From Balanoglossus misakiensis (lineage: Eukaryota > Animalia > Hemichordata): DNA of 64,000 nt. The notes below the pieces were generated by a model. It was not told the DNA's origin, ran no database searches, and saw only the letters and a list, made by a program, of their open reading frames with translations. Each line of letters opens with the position of its first letter. Within the stretch, counting starts at the first letter, position 1. The stretch is from NCBI GenBank assembly GCA_040954595.2, contig CM082581.2:1728699-1792698 (forward strand), written 5' to 3'. The translations under genes were made by a program, and so were the position numbers. Shown here piece by piece: positions 30,101 through 42,769 of the stretch.

Positions 30101-33100
30101 GCAACAAACTCTCTGCCATCATTTCTCCCCACCCAATAATGGCGGCAATAAATTCTCTGCCATCGTTTCTCCCCTGCCAAGAATGGCGGCAACAAATTCT
30201 CTGCCATCATTTCTCCCCTCCCAAGGATGGCGGCAATGAATTCATTGCCATCATTTCTCCCCTCCCAAGGATGGCGGCAATACATTCCCTGCCATCATTT
30301 CTCCCCTCCCGTGAATGGCGGCAACAAATTCTCTGCTCTCATTTCGCCCCTCCCAATAAAGGCGGCAATAAATTCTCTGCCATCGTTTCTCCCCTGCCAA
30401 GTATGGCGGCAACAAACTCTCAGCCGTTATTTCTCCCCTCCCGAGAATGGCGGCAACAAAGTTTACTCTCAGCCCTTATTTCTCCCCTCCCAAGGATGGT
30501 GGCAATAAATCCTCTGCCATCATTTCTCCCCTCCCAAGGATGGCGGCAATAAATTCACTGCCATCATTTCTCCCCTCCCAAGAATGGCGGCAACAAATTC
30601 TCTGCTCTCAGTTCTCCCCTCCCAATAATGGCGGCAACAAACTCTCTGCCATCATTTCTCCCCTCCCAATAATGGCGGCAATAAATTCTCTGCCATCATT
30701 TCTCCCCTCCCGAGAATGGCGGCAACAAACTCTCTGCCATCATTTCTCCCCTCCCAAGGATGGCGGCAATAAATTCACCGCCATCATTTCTCCCCTCCCA
30801 AGGATGGCGGCAATAAATTCCCTGTCATCATTTCTCCCCTCCCGTGAATGGCGGCAACAAATTATCAGCCGTTATTTATCCCCTCCCAAGAATGACGGCA
30901 ACAAATTCTCTGCTCTCATTTCTCCCCTCCTAATAATGGCGGCAATAAATTCTCTGCCATCATTTCTCCCCTGCCAAGAATGGCGGCAATAAATTCTCTG
31001 CCATCATTTCTCCCCTGCCAAGAATGGCGGCAACAAATTCTCAGCCGTTATTTATCCCCTTCCAAGAATGGCGGCAACAAATTCTCTGCTCTCATTTCTC
31101 CTCTCCCAATAATGGCGGCAATAAATTCTCTGCCATCATTTCTCCCCTCCCGAGAATGGCTTTAACAAACTCTCTGCCATCATTTCTCCCCTCCCAAGAA
31201 TGGCGGCAATAAAATCTCTGCCATCGTTTCTCCCCTGCCAAGAATGGCGGCAATAAATTCTCTGCCATCATTTCTCCCCTCCCAAGGATGGCGGCAATAA
31301 ATTCACTGCCATAATTTCTCCCCTCCCAAGTGGCGGCAATAAATTCCCTGCCATCATTTCTCCCCTCCCGTGAATGGCGGCAATAAATTCCCTGCCATCA
31401 TTTCTCCCCTCCCGTGAATGGCGGCAACAAATTCTCTGCTCTCATTTCTCCCCTCCCAATAATGGCGGCAATAAATTCTCTGCCATCATTTCTCCCCTGC
31501 CAAGAATGGCGGCAATAAATTCTCTGCCATCATTTCTCCCCTCCCGAGAATGGCGGCAACAAACTCTCTGCCATCATTTCTCCCCTCCCAAGAATGGCGG
31601 CAACAAACTCTCTGCCATCATTTCTCCCCTCCCGTGGATGGCGGCAACAAATTCTCAGCCGTTATTTATCCCATTCCAAGAATGGCGGCAACAAATTCTC
31701 TGCTCTCATTTCTCCTCTCCCAATAATGGCGGCAACAAATTCTCTGCTCTCATTTCTCCTCTCCCAATAATGGCGGCAATACATTCTCTGCCATCATTTC
31801 TCCCCTCCCGAGAATGGCGGCAACAAACTCTCTGCCATCATTTCTCCCCTCCCAAAAATGGCGGCAATAAAATCTCTGCCATCGTTTCTCCCCTGCCAAG
31901 AATGGCGGCAATAAATTCTCTGCCATCGTTTCTCCCCTGCCAAGAATGGCGGCAACAAATTCTCTGCCATCATTTCTCCCCTCCCAAGGACGGCGGCAAT
32001 AAATTCATTGCCATCATTTCTCCCCTCCCATGGATGGCGGCAATAAATTCCCTGCCATCATTTCTCCCCTCCCGTGAATGGCGGCAACAAATTCTCTGCT
32101 CTCATTTCGCCCCTCCCAATAAAGGCGGCAATAAATTCTCTGCCATCGTTTCTCCCCTGCCAAGAATGGCAGCAACAAACTCTCAGCCGTTATTTCTACC
32201 CTCCCGATTTTGGCGGCAACAAAGTCTACTCTCAGCCCTTATTTCTCCCCTCCCAAGGATGGTGACAATAAGTTCTCTGCCATGATTTCTCCCCTCCCAA
32301 GGATGGCGGCAATAAAATCACTGCCATCATTTCTCCACTCCCAAGAATGGCGGCAACAAATTCTCAGCCGTTATTTATCCCCTCCCAAGAATGGCGGCAA
32401 CAAATTCTCTGCTCTCATTTCTCCCCTCCCAATAATGGCGGCAATAAATTCTCTGCCATCATTTCTCCTCTCCCGAGAATGGCGGCAACAGACTCTCTGC
32501 CATCATTTCTCCCCTGCCAAGAATGGCGGCAATAAATTCTCTGCCATCATTTCTCCCCTGCCAAGAATGGCGGCAACAAATTCTCAGCCGTTATTTATCC
32601 CCTTCCAAGAATGGCGGCAACAAATTCTCTGCTCTCATTTCTCCTCTCCCAATAATGGCGGCAATAAATTCTCTGCCATCATTTCTCCCCTCCCGAGAAT
32701 GGCTTTAACAAACTCTCTGCCATCATTTCTCCCCTCCCAAGAATGGCGGCAATAAAATCTCTGCCATCGTTTCTCCCCTGCCAAGAATGGCGGCAATAAA
32801 TTCTCTGCCATCATTTCTCCCCTCCCAAGGATGGCGGCAATAAATTCACTGCCATAATTTCTCCCCTCCCAAGTGGCGGCAATAAATTCCCTGCCATCAT
32901 TTCTCCCCTCCCGTGAATGGCGGCAATAAATTCCCTGCCATCATTTCTCCCCTCCCGTGAATGGCGGCAACAAATTCTCTGCTCTCATTTCTCCCCTCCC
33001 AATAATGGCGGCAATAAATTCTCTGCCATCATTTCTCCCCTGCCAAGAATGGCGGCAATAAATTCTCTGCCATCATTTCTCCCCTCCCGAGAATGGCGGC

Positions 33101-36100
33101 AACAAACTCTCTGCCATCATTTCTCCCCTCCCAAGAATGGCGGCAACAAACTCTCTGCCATCATTTCTCCCCTCCCGTGGATGGCGGCAACAAATTCTCA
33201 GCCGTTATTTATCCCATTCCAAGAATGGCGGCAACAAATTCTCTGCTCTCATTTCTCCTCTCCCAATAATGGCGGCAACAAATTCTCTGCTCTCATTTCT
33301 CCTCTCCCAATAATGGCGGCAATACATTCTCTGCCATCATTTCTCCCCTCCCGAGAATGGCGGCAACAAACTCTCTGCCATCATTTCTCCCCTCCCAAAA
33401 ATGGCGGCAATAAAATCTCTGCCATCGTTTCTCCCCTGCCAAGAATGGCGGCAATAAATTCTCTGCCATCGTTTCTCCCCTGCCAAGAATGGCGGCAACA
33501 AATTCTCTGCCATCATTTCTCCCCTCCCAAGGACGGCGGCAATAAATTCATTGCCATCATTTCTCCCCTCCCATGGATGGCGGCAATAAATTCCCTGCCA
33601 TCATTTCTCCCCTCCCGTGAATGGCGGCAACAAATTCTCTGCTCTCATTTCGCCCCTCCCAATAAAGGCGGCAATAAATTCTCTGCCATCGTTTCTCCCC
33701 TGCCAAGAATGGCAGCAACAAACTCTCAGCCGTTATTTCTACCCTCCCGATTTTGGCGGCAACAAAGTCTACTCTCAGCCCTTATTTCTCCCCTCCCAAG
33801 GATGGTGACAATAAGTTCTCTGCCATGATTTCTCCCCTCCCAAGGATGGCGGCAATAAAATCACTGCCATCATTTCTCCACTCCCAAGAATGGCGGCAAC
33901 AAATTCTCAGCCGTTATTTATCCCCTCCCAAGAATGGCGGCAACAAATTCTCTGCTCTCATTTCTCCCCTCCCAATAATGGCGGCAATAAATTCTCTGCC
34001 ATCATTTCTCCTCTCCCGAGAATGGCGGCAACAGACTCTCTGCCATCATTTCTCCCCTGCCAAGAATGGAAGCAAAAAACTCTCTGCCATCATTTCTCCC
34101 CTCCCAAGAATGGCAGCAATTAATTCTCTGCCATCGTTTCTCCCCTCCCAAGGATGGCGGCGATACATTCCCTGCCATCATTTCTCCCCTCCCAAGGAGG
34201 GCGGCAATAAATTCCCTGCCATCATTTCTCTCCTCCCGTGAATGGCGGCAACAAATTCTCAGCCGTTATTTATCCCCTCCCAAGAATGGCGGCAACAAAT
34301 TCTCTGCTCTCATTTCTCCCCTCCCAATAATGGCGGCAATAAATTCTCTGCAATCATTTCTCCCCTCCCGAGAATGGCGGCAACAAACCCTCTGCCATCA
34401 TTTCTCCCCTCCCAAGAATGGCAACAAAAATTCTCTGCCATCGTTTCTCCCCTCCCAAGGATGGCGGCAATAAATTCACTGCGATCATTTCTCCCTTCCC
34501 AAGGATGGCTGCAATAAATTCCCTGCCATCAGTTCTCCCCTCCCGTGAATGGCGGCAACAAATTCTCAGCCGTTATTTATCCCCTCCCAAGAATGGCGGC
34601 AACAAATTCTTTGCTCTCATTTCTCCCCTCCCAATAATGGCGGCAATAAATTCTCTGCCATCATTTCTCCCCTGCCAAAAATGGAAACAACAAACAATCT
34701 GCCATCATTTCTCACCTCCCAAGAATGGCAGCAATAAATTCTCTGCCATCGTTTCTACCATCCCAAGGAGGGCGGCAATAAATTCCCTGCCATCATTTCT
34801 CTCCTCCCGTGAATGGCGGCAACAAATTCTCAGCCGTTATTTATCCCCTCCCAAGAATGGCGGCAACAAATTCTCTGCTCTCATTTCTCCCCTCCAAATA
34901 ATGGCGGCAATAAATTCTCTGCCATCATTTCTCCCCTCCCGAGAATGGCGGCAACAAACCCTCTGCCATCATTTCTCCCCTCCCAAGAATGGCAGCAAAA
35001 ATTCTCTGCCATCGTTTCTCCCCTCCCAAGGATGGCGGCAATAAATTCACTGCGATCATTTCTCCCTTCCCAAGGATGGCTGCAATAAATTCCCTGCCAT
35101 CATTTCTCCCCTCCCGTGAATGGCGGCAACAAATTCTCAGCCGTTATTTATCCCCTCCCAAGAATGGCGGCAACAAATTCTCTGCTCTCATTTCTCCCCT
35201 CCCAATAATGGCGGCAATAAATTCTCTGCCATCATTTCTCCCCTGCCAAGAATGGAAGCAACAAACAATCTGCCATCATTTCTCACCTCCCAAGAATGGC
35301 AGCAATAAATTCTCTGCCATCGTTTCTCCCCTCCCAAGGATGGCGGCAATAAATTCACTGCCATCATTTCTCCCCTCCCAAGGATGGCGGCAATAAATTC
35401 ACTGCCATCATTTCTCCCCTCCCAAGGATGGCGGCAATAAATTCCCTGCCATCATTTCACCCCTCCCGTGAATGGCGGCAACAAATTCTCAGCCGTTATT
35501 TATCCCCTCCCAAGAATGGCGGCAACAAATTCTCTGCTCTCATTTCTCCCCTCCCAATAATGGCGGCAATAAATTCTCTGCCATTATTTCTCCCCTGCCA
35601 AGAATGGAAGCAACAAACAATCTGCCATCATTTCTCACCTCCCAAGAATGGCAGCAATAAATTCTCTGCCATCGTTTCTCCCCTCCCAAGGATGGCGGCA
35701 ATAAATTCACTGCCATCATTTCTCCCCTCCCAAGGATGGCGGCAATAAATTCACTGCCATCATTTCTCCCCTCCCAAGGATGGCGGCAATAAATTCCCTG
35801 CCATCATTTCACCCCTCCCGAGAATGGCGGCAACAAACTCTCTGCCATCATTACTACCCTCCCAAGAATGGCAGCATAAATTCTCTGCCATCGTTTCAAC
35901 CCCTCCCAAGGATGGCGGCAATAAATTCACTGCCATCATTTCTCCCCTCCCAAGGATGGCGGCAATAAATTTCATACCATCATTTCTCCCCTCCCGTGAA
36001 TGGCGGCAACAAATTCTCAGCCGTTATTTATCCCCTCCCAAGGATGGCGGCAGTAAATTCACTACCATCATTTCTCCCTACCAAGGATGGAGGCAATACA

Positions 36101-39100
36101 TTCTCTGCCATCATTTCTCCCCTCCCGAGAATGGCGGCAACAAACTCTCTGCCATCATTACTCCCCTTCCAAGAATGGCAGCATAAATTCTCTGCCATCG
36201 CTTCAACCCCTCCCAAGGATGGCGGCAATAAATTCACTGCCATCATTTCTCCCCTCCCAAGGATGGCGGCAATAAATTCCCTGCCATCATTTCTCCCCTC
36301 CCGTAAATGGCGGCAACAAATTCTCAGCTGTTATTTATCCCCTCCCAAGAATGGCGGCAACAAATTCTCTACTCTCATTTCTCCCCTCCCAATAATGGCG
36401 GCAATAAATTCTCTGCCATCATTTTTCCCCTGCCAAGAATGGAAGCAACAAACTCTCAGCCGTTATTTCTCCCCTCCCAAGAATGGCAGCATAAATTCTC
36501 TGCCATCGTTTCAACCCCTCCCAAGGATGGCGGCAATAAATTCACTGCCATCATTTCTCCCCTCCCAAGGATGGCGGCAATAAATTCCCTGCCATCATTT
36601 CTCCCCTCACGAGAATGGCGGCAACAAATTCTCAGCTGTTATTTATCCCCTCCCAAGAATGGCGGCAACAAATTCTCTGCTCTCATTTCTCCCTTCCCAA
36701 TAATGGCGGCAATAAATTCTCTGCCATCATTTTTCCCCTGCCAAGAATGGAAGCAACAAACTCTCAGCCGTTATTTCTCCCCTCCCAAGGATGGCGGCAA
36801 TAAATTCACTGCAATCATTTCTCCCCTACCAAGGGGCGGCAATAAATTCCCTGCCATCATTTCTCCCCTCCCGTGAATGGCGGCAACAAATTCTCAGCCG
36901 TTATTTATCCCCTCCCAAGAATGGCGGCAACAAATTCTCTGCTCTCATTTCTCCCCTCCCAAGGATGGCGGCAATAAATTCACTGCCATCATTTCTCCCC
37001 TCCCAAGGATGGCGGCAATAAATTCCCTGCCATCATTTCTCCCCTCCCGAGAATGGCGGCAACAAACTCTCTGCCATCATTTCTCCCCTCCCAAGAATGG
37101 TGGCAACAAACTCTCTGCCATCATTTCTCCCCTCCCGTGAATGGCGGCAACAAATTCTCAGCCGTTATTTATCCCCTTCCAAGAATGGCGGCAACAAATT
37201 CTCTGCTCTCATTTCTCCCCTCCCAATAATGGCGGCAATAAATTCTCTGCCATCATTTCTCCCCTCCCGAGAATGGCGGCAACAAACTCTCTGCCATCAT
37301 TTCTCCCCTCCCAATAATGGCGGCAATAAATTCTCTGCCATCGTTTCTCCCCTGCCAAGAATGGCGGCAACAAATTCTCTGCCATCATTTCTCCCCTCCC
37401 AAGGATGGCGGCAATGCATTCATTGCCATCATTTCTCCCCTCCCAAGGATGGCGGCAATACATTCCCTGCCATCATTTCTCCCCTCCCGTGAATGGCGGC
37501 AACAAATTCTCTGCTCTCATTTCGCCCCTCCCAATAAAGGCGGCAATAAATTCTCTGCCATCGTTTCTCCCCTGCCAAGTATGGCGGCAACAAACTCTCA
37601 GCCGTTATTTCTCCCCTCCCGTGAATGGCGGCAACAAAGTTTACTCTCAGCCCTTATTTCTCCCCTCCCAAGGATGGCGGCAATACATTCCCTGCCATCA
37701 TTTCTCACCTCCCGTGAATGGCGGCAACAAATTCTCTGCTCTCATTTCGCCCCTCCCAATAAAGGCGGCAATAAATTCTCTGCCATCATTTTTCCCCTGC
37801 CAAGAATGGAAGCAACAAACTCTCAGCCGTTATTTCTCCCCTCCCAAGAATGGCAGCATAAATTCTCTGCCATCGTTTCAACCCCTCCCAAGGATGGCGG
37901 CAATAAATTCACTGCCATCATTTCTCCCCTCCCAAGGATGGCGGCAATAAATTCCCTGCCATCATTTCTCCCCTCACGTGAATGGCGGCAACAAATTCTC
38001 AGCTGTTATTTATCCCCTCCCAAGAATGGCGGCAACAAATTCTCTGTTCTCATTTCTCCCTTCCCAATAATGGCGGCAATAAATTCTCTGCCATCATTTT
38101 TCCCCTGCCAAGAATGGAAGCAACAAACTCTCAGCCGTTATTTCTCCCCTCCCAAGGATGGCGGCAATAAATTCACTGCAATCATTTCTCCCCTACCAAG
38201 GGGCGGCAATAAATTCCCTGCCATCATTTCTCCCCTCCCGTGAATGGCGGCAACAAATTCTCAGCCGTTATTTATCCCCTCCCAAGAATGGCGGCAACAA
38301 ATTCTCTGCTCTCATTTCTCCCCTCCCAAGGATGGCGGCAATAAATTCACTGCCATCATTTCTCCCCTCCCAAGGATGGCGGCAATAAATTCCCTGCCAT
38401 CATTTCTCCCCTCCCGAGAATGGCGGCAACAAACTCTCTGCCATCATTTCTCCCCTCCCAAGAATGGTGGCAACAAACTCTCTGCCATCATTTCTCCCCT
38501 CCCGTGAATGGCGGCAACAAATTCTCAGCCGTTATTTATCCCCTTCCAAGAATGGCGGCAACAAATTCTCTGCTCTCATTTCTCCCCTCCCAATAATGGC
38601 GGCAATAAATTCTCTGCCATCATTTCTCCCCTCCCGAGAATGGCGGCAACAAACTCTCTGCCATCATTTCTCCCCTCCCAATAATGGCGGCAATAAATTC
38701 TCTGCCATCGTTTCTCCCCTGCCAAGAATGGCGGCAACAAATTCTCTGCCATCATTTCTCCCCTCCCAAGGATGGCGGCAATGAATTCATTGCCATCATT
38801 TCTCCCCTCCCAAGGATGGCGGCAATACATTCCCTGCCATCATTTCTCCCCTCCCGTGAATGGCGGCAACAAATTCTCTGCTCTCATTTCGCCCCTCCCA
38901 ATAAAGGCGGCAATAAATTCTCTGCCATCGTTTCTCCCCTGCCAAGTATGGCGGCAACAAACTCTCAGCCGTTATTTCTCCCCTCCCGAGAATGGCGGCA
39001 ACAAAGTTTACTCTCAGCCCTTATTTCTCCCCTCCCAAGGATGGTGGCAATAAATCCTCTGCCATCATTTCTCCCCTCCCAAGGATGGCGGCAATAAATT

Positions 39101-40300
39101 CACTGCCATCATTTCTCCCCTCCAAAGAATGGCGGCAACAAATTCTCTGCTCTCAGTTCTCCCCTCCCAATAATGGCGGCAACAAACTCTCTGCCATCAT
39201 TTCTCCCCTCCCAATAATGGCGGCAATAAATTCTCTGCCATCATTTCTCCCCTCCCGAGAATGGCGGCAACAAACTCTCTGCCATCATTTCTCCCCTCCC
39301 AAGGATGGCGGCAATAAATTCACCGCCATCATTTCTCCCCTCCCATGGATGGCGGCAATAAATTCCCTGTCATCATTTCTCCCCTCCCGTGAATGGCGGC
39401 AACAAATTATCAGCCGTTATTTATCCCCTCCCAAGAATGGCGGCAACAAATTCTCTGCTCTCATTTCTCCCCTCCTAATAATGGCGGCAATAAATTCTCT
39501 GCCATCATTTCTCCCCTGCCAAGAATGGCGGCAATAAATTCTCTGCCATCATTTCTCCCCTCCCGAGAATGGCGGCAACAAACTCTCTGCCATCATTTCT
39601 CCCCTCCCGTGAATGGCGGCAACAAATTCTCTGCTCTCATTTCGCCCCTCCCAATAAAGGCGGCAATAAATTCTCTGCCATCGTTTCTCCCCTGCCAAGT
39701 ATGGCGGCAACAAACTCTCAGCCGTTATTTCTCCCCTCCCGAGAATGGCGGCAACAAAGTTTACTCTCAGCCCTTATTTCTCCCCTCCCAAGGATGGTGG
39801 CTATAAATCCTCTGCCATCATTTCTCCCCTCCCAAGGATGGCGGCAATAAATTCACTGCCATCATTTCTCCCCTCCCAAGAATGGCGGCAACAAATTCTC
39901 TGCTCTCAGTTCTCCCCTCCCAATAATGGCGGCAACAAACTCTCTGCCATCATTTCTCCCCTCCCAATAATGGCGGCAATAAATTCTCTGCCATCATTTC
40001 TACCCTCCCGAGAATGGCGGCAACAAACTCTCTGCCATCATTTCTCCCCTCCCAAGGATGGCGGCAATAAATTCACCGCCATCATTTCTCCCCTCCCAAG
40101 GATGGCGGCAATAAATTCCCTGTCATCATTTCTCCCCTCCCGTGAATGGCGGCAACAAATTATCAGCCGTTATTTATCCCCTCCCAAGAATGGCGGCAAC
40201 AAATTCTCTGCTCTCATTTCTCCCCTCCTAATAATGGCGGCAATAAATTCTCTGCCATCATTTCTCCCCTGCCAAGAATGGCGGCAATAAATTCTCTGCC
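26790..40300 (+). repeat. Nested duplications: ~7.2-kb-offset block (26.8-30.5 kb recurs at 34.1-37.6 kb), 1543-bp tandem pair, 1367-bp and 753-bp tandem pairs
   Basis: Offsets of 7265 (26977/34242, 28163/35428), 7178 (29437/36615), 1543 (30980/32523, 31374/32917, 32210/33753), 1367 (36615/37982) and 753 (38992/39745). The 31374 block recurs again at 41066. Confidence 0.85.
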
Positions 40301-42769
40301 ATCATTTCTCCCCTCCCGAGAATGGCGGCAACAAACTCTCTGCCATCATTTCTCCCCTCCCAAGAATGGCGGCAACAAACTCTCTGCCATCATTTCTCCC
40401 CTCCCAAGGATGGCGGCAATAAATTCACTGCCATCATTTCTCCCCTCCCAAGTGGCGGCAATAAATTCCCTTTCATCATTTCTCCCCTCCCGTGAATGGC
40501 GGCAACAAATTCTCAGCCGTTATTTATCCAATCCCAAGAATGGCGGCAACAAATTCTCTGCTCTCATTTCTCCCCTCCCAATAATGGCGGCAATAAATTC
40601 TCTGCCATCATTTCTCCCCTGCCAAGAATGGCGGCAATAAATTCTCTGCCATCATTTCTCCCCTCCCGAGAATGGCGGCAACAAATTCTCTGCCATCATT
40701 TCTCCCCTACCAAGAATGGCGGCAACAAACTCTCTGCCATCATTTCTCCCCTCCCGTGAATGGCGGCAACAAATTCTCAGCCGTTATTTATCCCCTTCCA
40801 AGAATGGCGGCAACAAATTCTCTGCCATCATTTCTCCCCTCCCGAGAATGGCGGCAACAAACTCTCTGCCATCATTTCTCCCCTCCCAAGAATGGCGGCA
40901 ATAAAATCTCTGCCATCGTTTCTCCCCTGCCAAGAATGGCGGCAATAAATTCTCTGCCATCATTTCTCCCCTCCCAAGGATGGCGGCAATAAATTCACTG
41001 CCATCATTTCTCCCCTCCCAAGTGGCGGCAATAAATTCCCTGCCATCATTTCTCCCCTCCCGTGAATGGCGGCAATAAATTCCCTGCCATCATTTCTCCC
41101 CTCCCGTGAATGGCGGCAACAAATTCTCTGCTCTCATTTCTCCCCTCCCAATAATGGCGGCAATAAATTCTCTGCCATCATTTCTCCCCTGCCAAGAATG
41201 GCGGCAATAAATTCTCTGCCATCATTTCTCCCCTCCCGAGAATGGCGGCAACAAACTCTCTGCCATCATTTCTCCCCTCCCAAGAATGGCGGCAACAAAC
41301 TCTCTGCCATCATTTCTCCCCTCCCGTGGATGCCGGCAACAAATTCTCAGCCGTTATTTATCCCATTCCAAGAATGGCGGCAACAAATTCTCTGCTCTCA
41401 TTTCTCCTCTCCCAATAATGGCGGCAACAAATTCTCTGCTCTCATTTCTCCTCTCCCAATAATGGCGGCAATAAATTCTCTGCCATCATTTCTCCCCTCC
41501 CGAGAATGGCGGCAACAAACTCTCTGCCATCATTTCTCCCCTCCCAAAAATGGCGGCAATAAAATCTCTGCCATCGTTTCTCCCCTGCCAAGAATGGCGG
41601 CAATAAATTCTCTGCCATCGTTTCTTCCCTGCCAAGAATGGCGGCAACAAATTCTCTGCCATCATTTCTCCCCTCCCAAGGACGGCGGCAATAAATTCAT
41701 TGCCATCATTTCTCCCCTCCCATGGATGGCGGCAATAAATTCCCTGCCATCATTTCTCCCCTCCCGTGAATGGCGGCAACAAATTCTCTGCTCTCATTTC
41801 GCCCCTCCCAATAAAGGCGGCAATAAATTCTCTGCCATCGTTTCTCCCCTGCCAAGAATGGCAGCAACAAACTCTCAGCCGTTATTTCTACCCTCCCGAT
41901 TTTGGCGGCAACAAAGTCTACTCTCAGCCCTTATTTCTCCCCTCCCAAGGATGGTGACAATAAGTTCTCTGCCATGATTTCTCCCCTCCCAAGGATGGCG
42001 GCAATAAAATCACTGCCATCATTTCTCCACTCCCAAGAATGGCGGCAACAAATTCTCAGCCGTTATTTATCCCCTCCCAAGAATGGCGGCAACAAATTCT
42101 CTGCTCTCATTTCTCCCCTCCCAATAATGGCGGCAATAAATTCTCTGCCATCATTTCTCCTCTCCCGAGAATGGCGGCAACAGACTCTCAGCCGTTATTT
42201 CTCCCTTCCCGACAATGGCGGCAACAAAGTTTACTCTCTGCCCCCATTTCTCCCCTCCCGAGAATGGCGGCAACAAACTCTCTGCCATCATTTCTCCCCT
42301 CCCAAGAATGGCAGCATAAATTCTCTGCCATCGTTTCTCCCCTCCCAAGGATGGCGGCAATAAATTCCCTGCCATCATTTGTCCTCTCCCGTGAATGGCG
42401 GCAACAAATTCTCAGCCGTTATTTATCCCCTCCCAAGAATGGCGGCAACAAATTCTCTGCTCTCATTTCTCCCCTCCCAAGAATGGCGGCAATAAATTCT
42501 CTGCCATCGTTTCTCCCCTTCCAAGAATGGAAGCAACAAACTCTCAGCCGTTATTTCTCCCCTCCCAAGGATGGCGGCAATAAATTCACTGCCATCATTT
42601 CTCCCCTCCCAAGGGGCGGCAATAAATTCCCTGCCATCATTTCTCCCCTCCCGTGAATGGCGGCAACAAATTCTCAGCCGTTATTTATCCCCTCCCAAGA
42701 ATGGCGGCAACAAATTCTCTGCTCTCGTTTCTCCCCTCCCAATAATGGCGGCAATAAATTCTCTGCCAT

